Assembly (NCBI RefSeq): GCF_009914755.1
Contig: NC_060944.1
Reading direction: 5' to 3' (one strand)
DNA: 64,000 nt
Source of the DNA: the human T2T-CHM13v2.0 reference genome, Homo sapiens
Every line of letters starts with the position of its first letter. Within the stretch, counting starts at the first letter, position 1. Below the pieces are notes generated by a model. That model searched no databases. It saw only the letters and a list, made by a program, of their open reading frames with translations, and was not told the DNA's origin. A program made the translations under genes and the position numbers. Below, piece by piece: positions 28,811-40,750 of this stretch.

Positions 28811-30091
28811 ATCAGCCTCATTTAGAGAAAAAAGAAATTCCTTGTGAATTCCATGTGTAATTTGACAGGTGTGACACTGACTCAACTTGCTCCAGCAAGT
28901 CTCCAAGGCAACCATTCCCCACTTGGTGCTTCTACCGTGCCCCCACAGCTCCATTTTTGCACTTGGAATGCTGCATTTCGTTTTGAACATGTAAGCCTTT
29001 GCTTCTGCCTTCAGGTGCTCAACTCTGGCGTGCCCAGCCTCCCCAGTCTTATGCCTACCACTCCCTCCCTCAGTCTTGCTCCACAAAGTGCCTCTGTGCC
29101 TTGGCATATGCTGTCACCTCTGTCTGTGATGAACTTCCAATTTTCTACAACTGGCCAACACCTGGTCATTACTCAAGTCCCGGGTCAAGCCCCTTTATTG
29201 CAGGAAGATTTCCCTGAATCTCTAGGCTGGTGAAATGCATGACAAAGTTCTATTCATTTCCCTGCAGCAATAGAGAAATCCCAACTGTTTAATCACAACA
29301 GAAGAGGAAAACAAAGAAAAATGAGTGGGAGTGCCTTGGTATAACTATGACACCCTAATCATCATCTCATGGGGAGACCCTAGAACAACCAGACTCAAAT
29401 TTGAGGCATCCAGTGCATGCTTCCCAGAGCCTCTCACTCTTACTTTTCCTAGAGGCACCTGAGCCTGTGGAGGGCAGCAGGAGCTCGGTCTCCAGCTCCA
29501 CCCCTTCTCCACATTCCTACAAAGGAGTTATATGCCAGGTACCTCCTTTCTCGGCCTTGGCCCTGGCCGGGTGATTGGGAAAATGAAACAGACTGGCCGA
29601 GGCTTGATGCCCCTAAATTGTAATTTCAAGGTAATTTGAACTTCCTTCTTCTTGGGCATGAATGGAAAAGCTAAAGTCTCCTTGAATCAGTGTGCAGAAC
29701 TCAACAAAGAATTAAAGTGCCCCCATGCTTTCCTCCAAAGCTTGTGTGAGATCAGCAGGATAATCAATTTTACAATTCTGTGAAGCTGATTGGAAAGTGA
29801 TTACAAAGGCAGTCAGAGCATTTTCTCATGGGCTTTCAAAAGGCCTGTTGCAGAGGGACGTGAAGGATATGAAGTCTGGCCATCCATAGCAAGCCCACAA
29901 AAATCAAGGACTCCTTCACTCCCAAAGCTTTAATCTCTGGCTCCCATGAGTTCGATAGTCAATCCTGCCCAAGGCCTATAGAGTAAACGTGTGAGGCTGG
30001 TAGTCCACTAAGAACCTAAGCCCTATTTCAGTAGATAGCTTTGGGGTCAGAATGCTACTGCAGGCTGATTTTTAAAAACCTTGAACTTCAG

Positions 30092-30110
30092 TGTTGCCCT
30101 CTGCTGCATC
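30092..30110 (-). promoter_or_regulatory. Candidate CTCF site
   Basis: Minus strand GATGCAGCAGAGGGCAACA fits the core CCASYAGRKGGCR except at its first position; motif match only. Confidence 0.35.
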
Positions 30111-30716
30111 CTGCCTCAGTTTCCTTATCCCACTCTCTCTAGCTCCCTGTGGAGACTGGATCCCTGATCTAAATCACGCTGCCACCTTCTCCATGTGCTG
30201 GAGCACTGTCTCCTAAAATGGCCAGCTTTCTGGCACCGAGATGCATTAGGCACTGACTGGTAGGCTATGCAGAGATCAGGTTTAGCCCACACTCACTGTC
30301 CTGCCTCAGATGTGGAACAACCTGGGCCTTCCCTCCATGCACTCCTCACTTCCCTTAGCCCCAGGCCTGCCTGGCCTGGTTGGTTTCAGATAGTTCCCCT
30401 TCTCATAAGCCTTTGGGTCTGAGAACTGGAACAGAGAATGTGTCTCCCTCCCAGACATTGGGCCCCAATCGGAATGGGGAAGATGGTCACACAGCAAGAA
30501 ACAGAGAAGCCCCAGGAAAGGGCTGCCAAAGGGGAAAGAAAATGAGCCTGCTTGGTCCTACGGCTCTTAGCGTAGCTTTGCATTGCACTTATCATGCTGT
30601 CTTGAGCGTGTTTTTGTTCTCCCATTGGACTCTGAGCTCCCCGACAGTAGGGTGTGTTTCTAATTCATTTTGATATCATAGATTATTACCTTAATTGGCT
30701 CATGGAGGTATGTTAG

Positions 30717-31136
30717 TGTGTTAGTCCGTTTTTGCACTGCTATAAAGAAATACCTAAAACTGGGTAATTGATAAAGAAAGAGGTTTACTTGTTCACAGTT
30801 CTGCAGGCTGTACAGGAAGCATGATGTTGCCATCTGCTCGGCTTCTGGGGAGGCCTCAGGAAACTTACAATCATGGTGGATGGCAAAGGAGGAGCAGGCA
30901 CATTTCACATGGTGGGAGTGGGAGTAAGGGAGGGAGGTGCTACACACTTTTAAACAACCAGATCTCACGAGAACTCACTATCGGGACAACAGCACCAAGG
31001 GGATGTGGTGTTAAACGATGAGAAACTGCCCCCATGATCCAATCACCTTCCACCAGGCCCTACCTCCCTACCTCCAGCATTGGGGATTACATTTCAACAG
31101 GAGATTTGGGTGGGGACACAGATTCAAACCTTATTG
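30717..31136 (-). mobile_element. MSTA MaLR solo LTR
   Basis: ggggaggcctcaggaaacttacaatcatgg...cacacttttaaacaaccagatctc...gagatttgggtggggacacag. Confidence 0.92.
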
Positions 31137-31149
31137 GGGGCCTTTTAGA

Positions 31150-31530
31150 TTCATTGTAGGGTGATACTTTTGAGCCCTTTGAAGTTAGGTATGGCCAGAT
31201 GACTTGTATTGGACAACAAAACGTGAGCAGAAGTGACCTGTTTTTATCCAGGTAAGTGCTTTAAGAGCCAAAGCCCAATTTGCCGCTTTCTATTTTCCCT
31301 CTGACATGATGACTAGCAACGTTCAGCTTGGTGGCAGCTCCGTCAGCCCGGGTCCCTGTGTGACTGCTCCCTGTTGACCCATGATGGACGTGTCATACAG
31401 GTGAGAAGTAAACATTTGATGTTTTAACATATAGTGTGGGTGAAAGATAAGCTTTTGATGTTTGATGTTTAACTTTTGAGATTTGGGAATTTGTTATTGA
31501 GGTGTAATCTAGCCTAACCTGACAGACACA
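31150..31530 (+). mobile_element. MLT1I/J-type MaLR LTR
   Basis: cctttgaagttaggtatggcc...gtgagcagaagtgac...ctagcctaacctgacagacaca. Confidence 0.78.
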
Positions 31531-34398
31531 GTGCTCAATATATGTTTTAGGGTGAGTGAAAGGAAGGGAAGGAGGAGTGGAAGAAAAGGAGGGAGGGAAA
31601 ATGGGGGAAGAAGGGAAGGGAGAAGAAAAGAGAAGGAGGGAGAAATATGTAAATGACCCGATTAGTCTTCACCTCTCTTTGGGTCTGTTTCCAACTTAGA
31701 CATCTGGGAAATAATGTTCATCTTTACTGTGTTCCCTTCTACCTTCAACACAGAAAACCTGATACGATTCAGACACAAACTCCATGCCTTTTTTTGTATA
31801 AAAGAAAATTCTATTTTCTCAAATCTAATGTGTAACATAGCGATATTTATAGAGAAAGGTGGCAGAGAAATGAGGCAGGAAACAAAGCAATTGTGACTTT
31901 TTTGGGTAATATATCCAAGCCATAAAGATTTCATTAGATTCCATAATACATTGCTAATGAAAAATAAGACCCTTTCCTATTTTACCTACTTTCTGAACAT
32001 TAGAATCAACTTGGCTTTCCAAGCTTTGCACCCCATTTACATTAATTAGAAAGTTCCATATTAAGGAAAGCTTTTAATGGGCTGTTATTGCAAATGATTT
32101 TACTGGTGAGCTGCATTGTTCTGTTTAATAGCACATACAATGGCATCTATAGAGGAGACTTTGATAAAATTGAAGTTTTGATGGACTCTGGGCCTGAGCT
32201 AGCCTTTGCTGAGAGGATGGAGTTCGGGGATATTTTCCTACTGAGGGAAATGGCTCTTCTCTTTCCCTGGACTAGAGCCAGTTCTAAAGCATCCACATGT
32301 TTCTGATCCCAGGAGAAATCCACACTGCCTTCTGCCTGGGTACACCATTGGCAGACTGCTTCCAGATCCCTGTACATCACTTGGCAATATCTCTCATAGG
32401 TGTTCATGGACAAGACAGAGCAGTCCTGGAACTGAGACATAAGGGATGAATTTCATAAACACAGACTGCCTGGGCCAGGTGGAGAGTGTCATGGAGATGG
32501 GTGCTAGGTCCGTGCAGGAAAACAGGGGGAGAAGGGGGACAAAGCAGAATAAATAATGGCTGCACATAATAGCAATTGACACAGAGAGTAAGGTGGGGAA
32601 CAGGGAGAATCGGGGTATGGTGGGGGGTGTAAGAGGAACCAGAGCATGCTGTCATGGCATGGAGAACCCTATAGGACGGTAACCACTTTTCCATTTGTCT
32701 TTGTCCCTATCCATGCCCTGCATAAATGGTGCCACCCATAGGTGGTCACTATTGCTCCTGAAGGTTTTCCTTGGTCTTGGCTTCCAGCTGCCTACTACTG
32801 ATAGGATCTCCAACTATCACTATAGCATGAGAATAAAGTATTCAGAAGGCAGTGCAGTATGGAATTTAGGTGTCTGAGCTCTGCAATTACATCTGGGTTT
32901 ACATCCTACCTCTCCTGCTAAATAATAAGTGTAATATTCTGGGCCAAGTTAGTTAATCTCTCTAAACCTCAGTTTCCTCAATTTAAAAATGAATCTGCCT
33001 GAAGACTTCCTGGTATCTAAAGTGCACTCAATACATGTGAGCAATTATAAGTTTCATTAAATAAATTTGAGTGGTTTAAAACACTGAGACTTCGGGCAGA
33101 GCACAGGACTTCTGAAATTATAGTTACACTGGTGGAGTTATGGAATACAGGTCCTCAGATCTCAGTGACCCGTGAATGGTGAATTCAGCAGACATTTTTG
33201 AGGGTAGACATTCTGGCTTCCCTGGTGCCTGGACTGGATGCTGTGATCCATGGCTTATGTGACTGTGAGTACCATGGGCTCATGGGTTTTTATTCTTGCC
33301 ATGCTGGCAGAAGGACACTGCTAAGCAGGGATAGACAAAAAAAAAAACAACTATTTGAATGGACCAACCTGGCTGATAACCTTGAAGCAGTCTCACCAAG
33401 AGGGCTTCTAGTATAAATGGGAGGACAGGAGAATGGCCAACTAGTTGAATTCAGAGAGTAGAGAGAGAAGACTAGTCTCAGGCCACTGATTCTGCAGTGT
33501 TTGATAAGTGGTAAGAACCCATTAGAGTTGGTTACCATTGCAGCTATAATAGGAAAATACAGGAATACTGCAAGCATATTATATTTTGTCCCCTAAGAAT
33601 GGGGGAAAATACCACTATATCATATGTAGGGCCAAGGCTTACCCTGCTGTCAGAGCCCATTTAGCATCTTGAATTTAGTTCTAGATGTGACATCTTGAGT
33701 TTAGCTACAGACCCACACCTCATCTCCATCAGGGAGATAAAGTGGTGAGTGACGCAGACTTTATGCCCCACAAAGAATAATTGAAAGGATTCTCCAGAAG
33801 AGAAAAAGTTATTGCTAGGTGATGTTGGTTGCATTCTAGTAATCAAACAGCAGCTGATTTTACGACGGATTATATGTATTCTTTCTAAGTAGGATATGTG
33901 GGTAGATGGGGTAGGGACGTAGAGACGACAATATGGATGGAAGATTTATCAATATAAGTTTGACACAGGGCACATGGTCCAAATCAGGTGAATACCTTGC
34001 AATGTTGTGAGTTCCTGTCACTGTGGGGCTTCACGTTAAATGTGGACTCATCCATCAAATGCATATGGACCATGCACTAGTACAGGGTCAGTGATACTAG
34101 CTGGGAACACAAAGATTAATACAATGTGGCTCTTGCTTTATAGTAATTCACTCTTCTGTGAAGAACACAGACCCATTAACAAATTCTTAAATAACCACTG
34201 TGTCACACATACCAGTGTAGAAATGTGTACAAGGTTGTGTCAAAGCAAAGAAGTGACGGCAGTGGGGAAGGAGGCAAATGTGAGGTCAGAAGGTGGCTGA
34301 TCCTTGAGGATGAATCGGTAGGATTCTGATGGGTGGACAAGGGTGCGAGGGTGTTTCCATCTAAGGAAACAACATCCAAAATGGCTTGAAGAATAGAC

Positions 34399-35908
34399 CC
34401 CATTTTCTTTATCGATTCATTCACCAGTGGGCATTTAGGTGGCTTCGATGTCTTGGCTATTGTAAATCATGTTGCAATGAATATGGGAATGCAGATATCT
34501 CTTTGAGATTCTAACTTCAATTCTTTTGGGTATATATCCAGAAGTGAGATTGCTGGGTCACATGGTAATTCTATTTTTAATCTTTTGAGAGAACTCCATA
34601 CTATTTTTTCATAGCTCCATTTTACATCTCCACCAACAGTGTGCAAGTTTTCCACATCCTTACCAACACTTATCTTCTTGTTTTTAAAATAATAGCTATC
34701 CTAGCCAGTGTGTGATATCTCACTGTGGTTTTGATTTGCACTTCCATGATGATTAGTGATGTTTAGAATCTTTTCATGTACTTGTTGTCCATTTGAATGT
34801 CTTTGGAGAAATGTTGATTCAAGTTCTTTGCCCCCTTTCCAATCAGGTTATTTGTTTTCTTGGTATTGACTTATATGAGTTCCTTATATAATTTGGATGT
34901 TACATTTATCAGGTATATGGTATGCAAATATTTTCTTCCATTCTGTAGGCTGTCTCTTCATTATGCTGCTTGTTGCCTTTGCTGTGCAAAACCTTGTAGT
35001 TTGATGTGATTCCAATGGCCTATTTTTACTTTTGTTGTTTATGCTTTTAATGTTATATCCAAAAATCATCGCCCAGACCAATGTCATGGAGCTTTCCCCC
35101 TATTTCTTCTAGGTGTCTTACAGCAGTAGATGTGAGAGATATTTAATTAATATTAGTACATTAAATCTTTAATCCATATTACTCAGCCTCAAAATAAAAA
35201 AGGAAGTCTTGCCGTATGTGACAACATAGATGAACCTGGAGGGCATTATGCTAAGTGAAATAAGCAAGTCATAGAAGGACAAATACTGCATGATTCCACT
35301 TATATGAAGTATCTAAACTAGCCAAATCATAGGCACAGGGATAGAATGGTGGTTGCTAGGTGCTGGGTAGAGGGAGGACATGATTTGCTGTTCAACAGCT
35401 ATAAAGTTTCAGTTATATGAGGTAAATACATTCTGGAGATCTGATATACAAGGCTGTACTTACATTTCATAGTACTGTGTTTCACAGTGTATTAGTCTGT
35501 TCTCATGCTAATAAAGACATACCTGAGACTTGGTTATTTATAAAGAAAAAGAGGTTTAATGGACTCACAGTTCCACATGGCTGAGGAGGCCTCACAATCA
35601 TGGTGGAAGGCAAGGAGGAGCAAAGTCAAGTCTTACATGGCAGCAGGCAAGAGAGCTTGTGCAGGGGGAACTCCCATTTATAAAACCATCAGCTCTACTA
35701 ATTCACTACCATGAGAACAGTATGGGAGAAACCACCCCCACGATTCAATTATCCCCACCTGCCCCCCTCCATGGACATGTGGGGATTATTACAATTCAAG
35801 GTGAGATTTAGATGGGACATAGCAAGACCATATCAGAAGGTTAAAAGTTTGCTAAGAGTAGAGATCTCATGCTAAGTTTTCTTATCACAATATAAATAAA
35901 ATAAATAG
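34399..35908. mobile_element. L1MA-type element with 5' inversion: minus segment ~34399-35177, plus segment ~35176-35908
   Basis: Minus segment carries ORF2 C-terminal remnants (LKIELPCDPAISLLDIYPK; MKRQPTEWKKIF). Plus segment carries the following 3' UTR and an A-rich tail. Confidence 0.85.
35488..35835 (-). mobile_element. THE1 (THE1C-like) solo LTR nested in the L1
   Basis: tgtattagtctgttctcatgct...ggactcacagttccacatggctg...caattcaaggtgagattt...ccatatca. Confidence 0.93.
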
Positions 35909-36534
35909 ATACCTTTGTCCTAAAATAAACAAACTAAAACATGTGACTCTATGCCATGCATACACATATATAAAGCTTTGAATAAACAAAAACACTGTTA
36001 TTTTACTCACACACACGATGTTGAAAAGGCATGATTATATGAAAAGCATGCAGGACATCATCAGAAGTTTGGCACTGTGAGAGCACAGGATGTAAAAGGT
36101 AAGGTCTAAGAGAAATGGGGCTGGAGAGGTGAGCCAAAATCCCATTTTAGAGCCTGAATTTTAGAAACCCGTGGGACTAATAAAAGGTATTATACAGAGA
36201 GTGACAGGGTTAGATTTTGTCTTTGGCTTTAGTGGTATAATTGAAAAACTATCCCAGGAGTTTAAAAAAGAAAATACGGGGACCTAACTAAAAATGGAGG
36301 TAAAATTGAGAGAATTTGAAGATCCTCTGGAGGTACAGGATGAGGGATGGTCTTAGGACAGGCTGGCTCTCAAATTTTTAGGGGAACAGCCACTGGGGAT
36401 ACCTGAGAGGAGTGGAACTGGACAAACAAAAGGGAAGAGGGACCTTTCATTTTTGGACATCTATGGTATGCTTGACATTGCTTCTATCTTTCATACCTTC
36501 ATAACGATCCTGCAAAGTAAGAATTATTATCTTC

Positions 36535-36794
36535 TTGGGAGGCTGAGGCAGGTGGATCACGAGGTCGTGAGTTCAAGACCAGCCTGGCCAAGATGGTGAA
36601 ACCCTGTCTCTACTAAAAATACAAAAATTATCTGGGCGTGGTGGTGGACGCCTGTAATCCCAGCTATTTGGGAGGCTGAGGCAAAGAATTGCTTGAACCC
36701 AGGAGGCGGAAGTTGCAGTGAGCCGAGATTGTGCCACTGCATTCCAGCCTGGGCGACAGAGTGAGACTCCGTCTCAAACAAACAAACAAAAAAA
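36535..36794 (+). mobile_element. AluSg-type, 5'-truncated
   Basis: ggatcacgaggtc, ggccaagatgg; perfect 16-bp TSD aagaattattatcttc. Confidence 0.96.
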
Positions 36795-37569
36795 AAGAAT
36801 TATTATCTTCATTACATATGAGAAAATTGAAGCTGTTTTATGTGTCCAAGATCACAAGATCATATAGCTGAGACCAAATGTGACCCATAATTGTCTGCAT
36901 TCTGAAACCTATGATTTTCCCACTAGATCCTCTAAGTTCCTTTTTTTGCTCCAGATTTCAGGATTCTAAGCACACAAATTAATTTTTATCTGTTCGAAAT
37001 TGAAATAAGGCAAGTCTTAGTGGAAATGATCTGACTTTATACCAAGCCTGGTTATATACTCTCTTCATATTAAACATATTCATACAGAGGATAAGCGGTA
37101 CCTATAAATATCATTCCAATAAAAATGAGGCCATGTATTCCTGAGTGGTAATACGCTGCTTGGGGCAGTGATATAAACCAGGAGGCTGAAGGCCAAACAA
37201 CTTTAACCAGCCCAGAGATTCAATAAGTTAAAATATGTTTTGGAAGACAGCTTTAGGCCAGACCTGCTTTTTTTCTTGACAATTATATGAAGACACCTTA
37301 TTCAGCACAAGCAGGCTGGCTACAGGGTGTGAATTTTTGTTTAAAGGGGCAGCAACAAGTCATACAGGCAACAGTGATTTGAATTTTAACTTCAGAAGTA
37401 GAGGTGGGTAACCATGGTCTTTTTGTTGTTGTTGTCGTCGTCATTTGTTTTGTGTTATTATTTGAAAATCCGTATCCACAAAAATCTCACTAACAGATTG
37501 TTTCCTTCTCCTGAAATGCTCTCCCGACTCCAACACTTTTTAATCTGGAAACTTCCTATAGGGCAAATT

Positions 37570-38098
37570 TTAGCTTCTTAATTGGGGGAGATTTTGCCTT
37601 CCAAGGAACACTTATTTGAATATACCTACAGACAATTTTGGTTGTCACAACTTGTGTATGTGTGGGTAAAGGACCTCTAAAAGTTAGAGTTCAGGGATGC
37701 TAATATTCTTTTTTTTTTTTTTTTTGAGATGAAGTCTCGCCCTGTCGCCCAGACTGCAGTGCAATGGCGCAATCTCGGCTCACTGAAACCCCTACCTCCT
37801 GGGTTCAAATTATTCTCCTGCCTCAGCCTCCTGAGTGGCTGGGATTGCAGGCGCCCACCACTAAGTCCAGCTATTTTTTGTATTTTTAGCAGAGACAGGG
37901 TTTCACCATGTTGGCCAGGCTCGTCTCGAACTCCTGACCTCGTGATCCCCCACCTTGGCCTCCCAAAGTGCTGGGATTACAGGCGTGAGTCACCACGCCT
38001 GGCCCAGGGATGCTAACATTCTTCAGTGCATAGGACAGTCCCCAAAATAAAGACTTACCCAGTCCAAAACATTAATAGTGCTAAGGTTAAGAAACGTG
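37570..38098 (+). mobile_element. MER20 (hAT-Charlie) split by an Alu
   Basis: gggggagattttgcc...ttttggttgtcacaac...cagggatgct[Alu]...caaaacattaatagtgctaaggttaagaaacgtg. Confidence 0.85.
37709..38004 (-). mobile_element. AluS (Sg-like), full length
   Basis: cctgacctcgtgatcc; 19-bp TSD cagggatgctaa(t/c)attctt. Confidence 0.96.
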
Positions 38099-38104
38099 AT
38101 ATAG

Positions 38105-39197
38105 CAATACCATTCAGGACATAGGCATGGGCAAGGACTTCATGTCTGAAACACCAAAAGCAATGACAACAAAAACCAAAATTGACAAATGGGATCTAAT
38201 TAAACTAAAGAGCTTCTGCACAGCAAAAGAAACTATCATCAGAGTGAACAGGCAACCTACAGAATGGGAGAAAATTTTTGCAACCTACTCATCTGACAAA
38301 GCGCTAATATCCAGAATCTACAAAGCACTTAAACAAATTTACAAGAAAAAAACAAACAACCCCATCAAAAAGTGAGCAAGGGATATGAACAGACACTTCT
38401 CAAAAGAAGACATTTATGCAGCCAACAGGCACATGAAAAAATGCTCATCATCACTGGCCATCAGAGAAATGCAAATCAAAACCACAATGAGATACCATCT
38501 CACACCAGTTAGAATGGCGATTATTAAAAAGTCAGGCAACAACAGGTGCTGGAGAGGATGTGGAGAAATAGGAACACTTTTACACGTTGGTGGGACTGTA
38601 AACTAGTTCAACCATTGTGGAAGACAGTGTGGCGACTCCTCAAGGATCTAGAACTAGAAATACCATTTGACCCAGCCATCCCATTACTGGGTATATACCC
38701 AAAGGATTATAAATCATGCTGCTATAAAGACGCATGCACACATATGTTTACTGCAGCACTATTCACTATGGCAAAGACTTGGAACCAACCCAAATGTCCA
38801 TCAATGATAGACTGGATTAAGAAAATGTGGGACATAATACACCGTGGAATACTATGCAGCCATAAGAAATGATGAGTTCATGTCCTTTGTAGAGACATGG
38901 ATGAAGCTGGAAACCATCATTCTCAGCAAACTATCGCAAGGACAAAAAACCAAACACTGCATGTTCTCACTCATAGGTGGGAATTGAACAATGAGAACAC
39001 TCAGACACAGGAAGGGGAACATCACACACTGGGGCCTGTCGTGGGGTGAGGGGAGGGGGGAGGGATAGCATTAGGAGATATATCTAATGTAAATGACGAG
39101 TTAATGGGTGCAGCACACCAACATGGCACGTGTATACATATGTAACTAACCTGCACGTTGTGCACATGTATCCTAGAACTTAAAGTATAAAAAAAAA
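38105..39197 (+). mobile_element. L1PA (about PA4/5), 5'-truncated, ~1.1 kb
   Basis: ORF2 C-terminal peptides ([33 protein letters not shown]) broken by a stop; G-rich 3' UTR, poly-A and perfect 16-bp TSD aagaaacgtgatatag. Confidence 0.97.
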
Positions 39198-39332
39198 AAG
39201 AAACGTGATATAGGGTCTTATCTGATTCTCAAGGTAAATTAGGTCCTCCACGATTTATGTTTTCACAGCAAACTAAATTCTTCTTTCACAGCACACATCA
39301 CATGTTGAGAGACATGTTATTTGTATGATTAC

Positions 39333-39970
<638 letters not shown>

Positions 39971-40374
39971 GCCATCTAATAGCTTTCTTCCCTATGCAAC
40001 GGACTCTAGGAGGGTGAGGAACAGCATTCAATTTTCTCCCAATTGTATCCTCAGCAGCTAGTATAATACTTGGCACATATTAGGTGAAACCCTGTCACTA
40101 CAAAAAATTAAAAAGTTCTGGGCATGTAATCAGTAAAGACTTGTGAATGAATCAACACGTAGTAAAAGAGAGAATGCAATCAGTCAATACATTATGCTTA
40201 TGAAATTACATCTCTACTTCAGTTGAAAAAATTGATGAAAAATATAAATTGATTGATTAATTGATTAAGGAAAGTATAAACCAGGAATCATTTGTCACCA
40301 TGGTGCTGCAGACCCACACAGTACTAACATTAACCAAAGTAAATGCCAGCTTCCATTAACCAACGTAAATGTCA

Positions 40375-40750
40375 GTGGTAGTCAGCTCCCAAGATGGTCC
40401 CCAACCATCCCTACCTCCTGTTATTCACATCCAGATGTAGTACTCTGCTACTTCCAAGGCTAGTTCATGAAATGTATTATAATTTCTTTCCCTTTTCTCT
40501 TGGCTCACTTACTCTAGTGAAAGCCATGTGCCATGTCATAACATACTGAGGCCTCTGACAATAGCTGTGTGAGTACACCATATTGGAAGTGGATCCCCCA
40601 GTCCCAGTCCAACCTTCAGATGACTGTAGCCCCAGCTGACATCTCAACTGCAACTTTAAGAGAGACCCTGGGCCAGAACCATAAGCTAAGTCACTCTAAG
40701 ATTCCTGACTCTCACAAACTGTTTAAGATAATAAATATCTGTTAAGTGGT
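40375..40750 (+). mobile_element. MLT1F-type MaLR LTR (internally deleted)
   Basis: caagatggtccccaa...ggaagtggatcccccagtcccagtc...cttcagatgactgtagccccagctgac. Confidence 0.8.

Noticed and set aside
32056-32066. CArG/SRF box-like CCATATTAAGG
   Set aside because: Seven A/T bases lie between CC and GG rather than six.
38127-38872. ORFs with strong protein-like sequence
   Set aside because: L1 ORF2 C-terminal remnants in a 5'-truncated, stop-interrupted copy; not a host gene and not mobile.
39030-39065. G-quadruplex-forming G runs
   Set aside because: Standard L1PA 3' UTR G-rich tract, not locus-specific.
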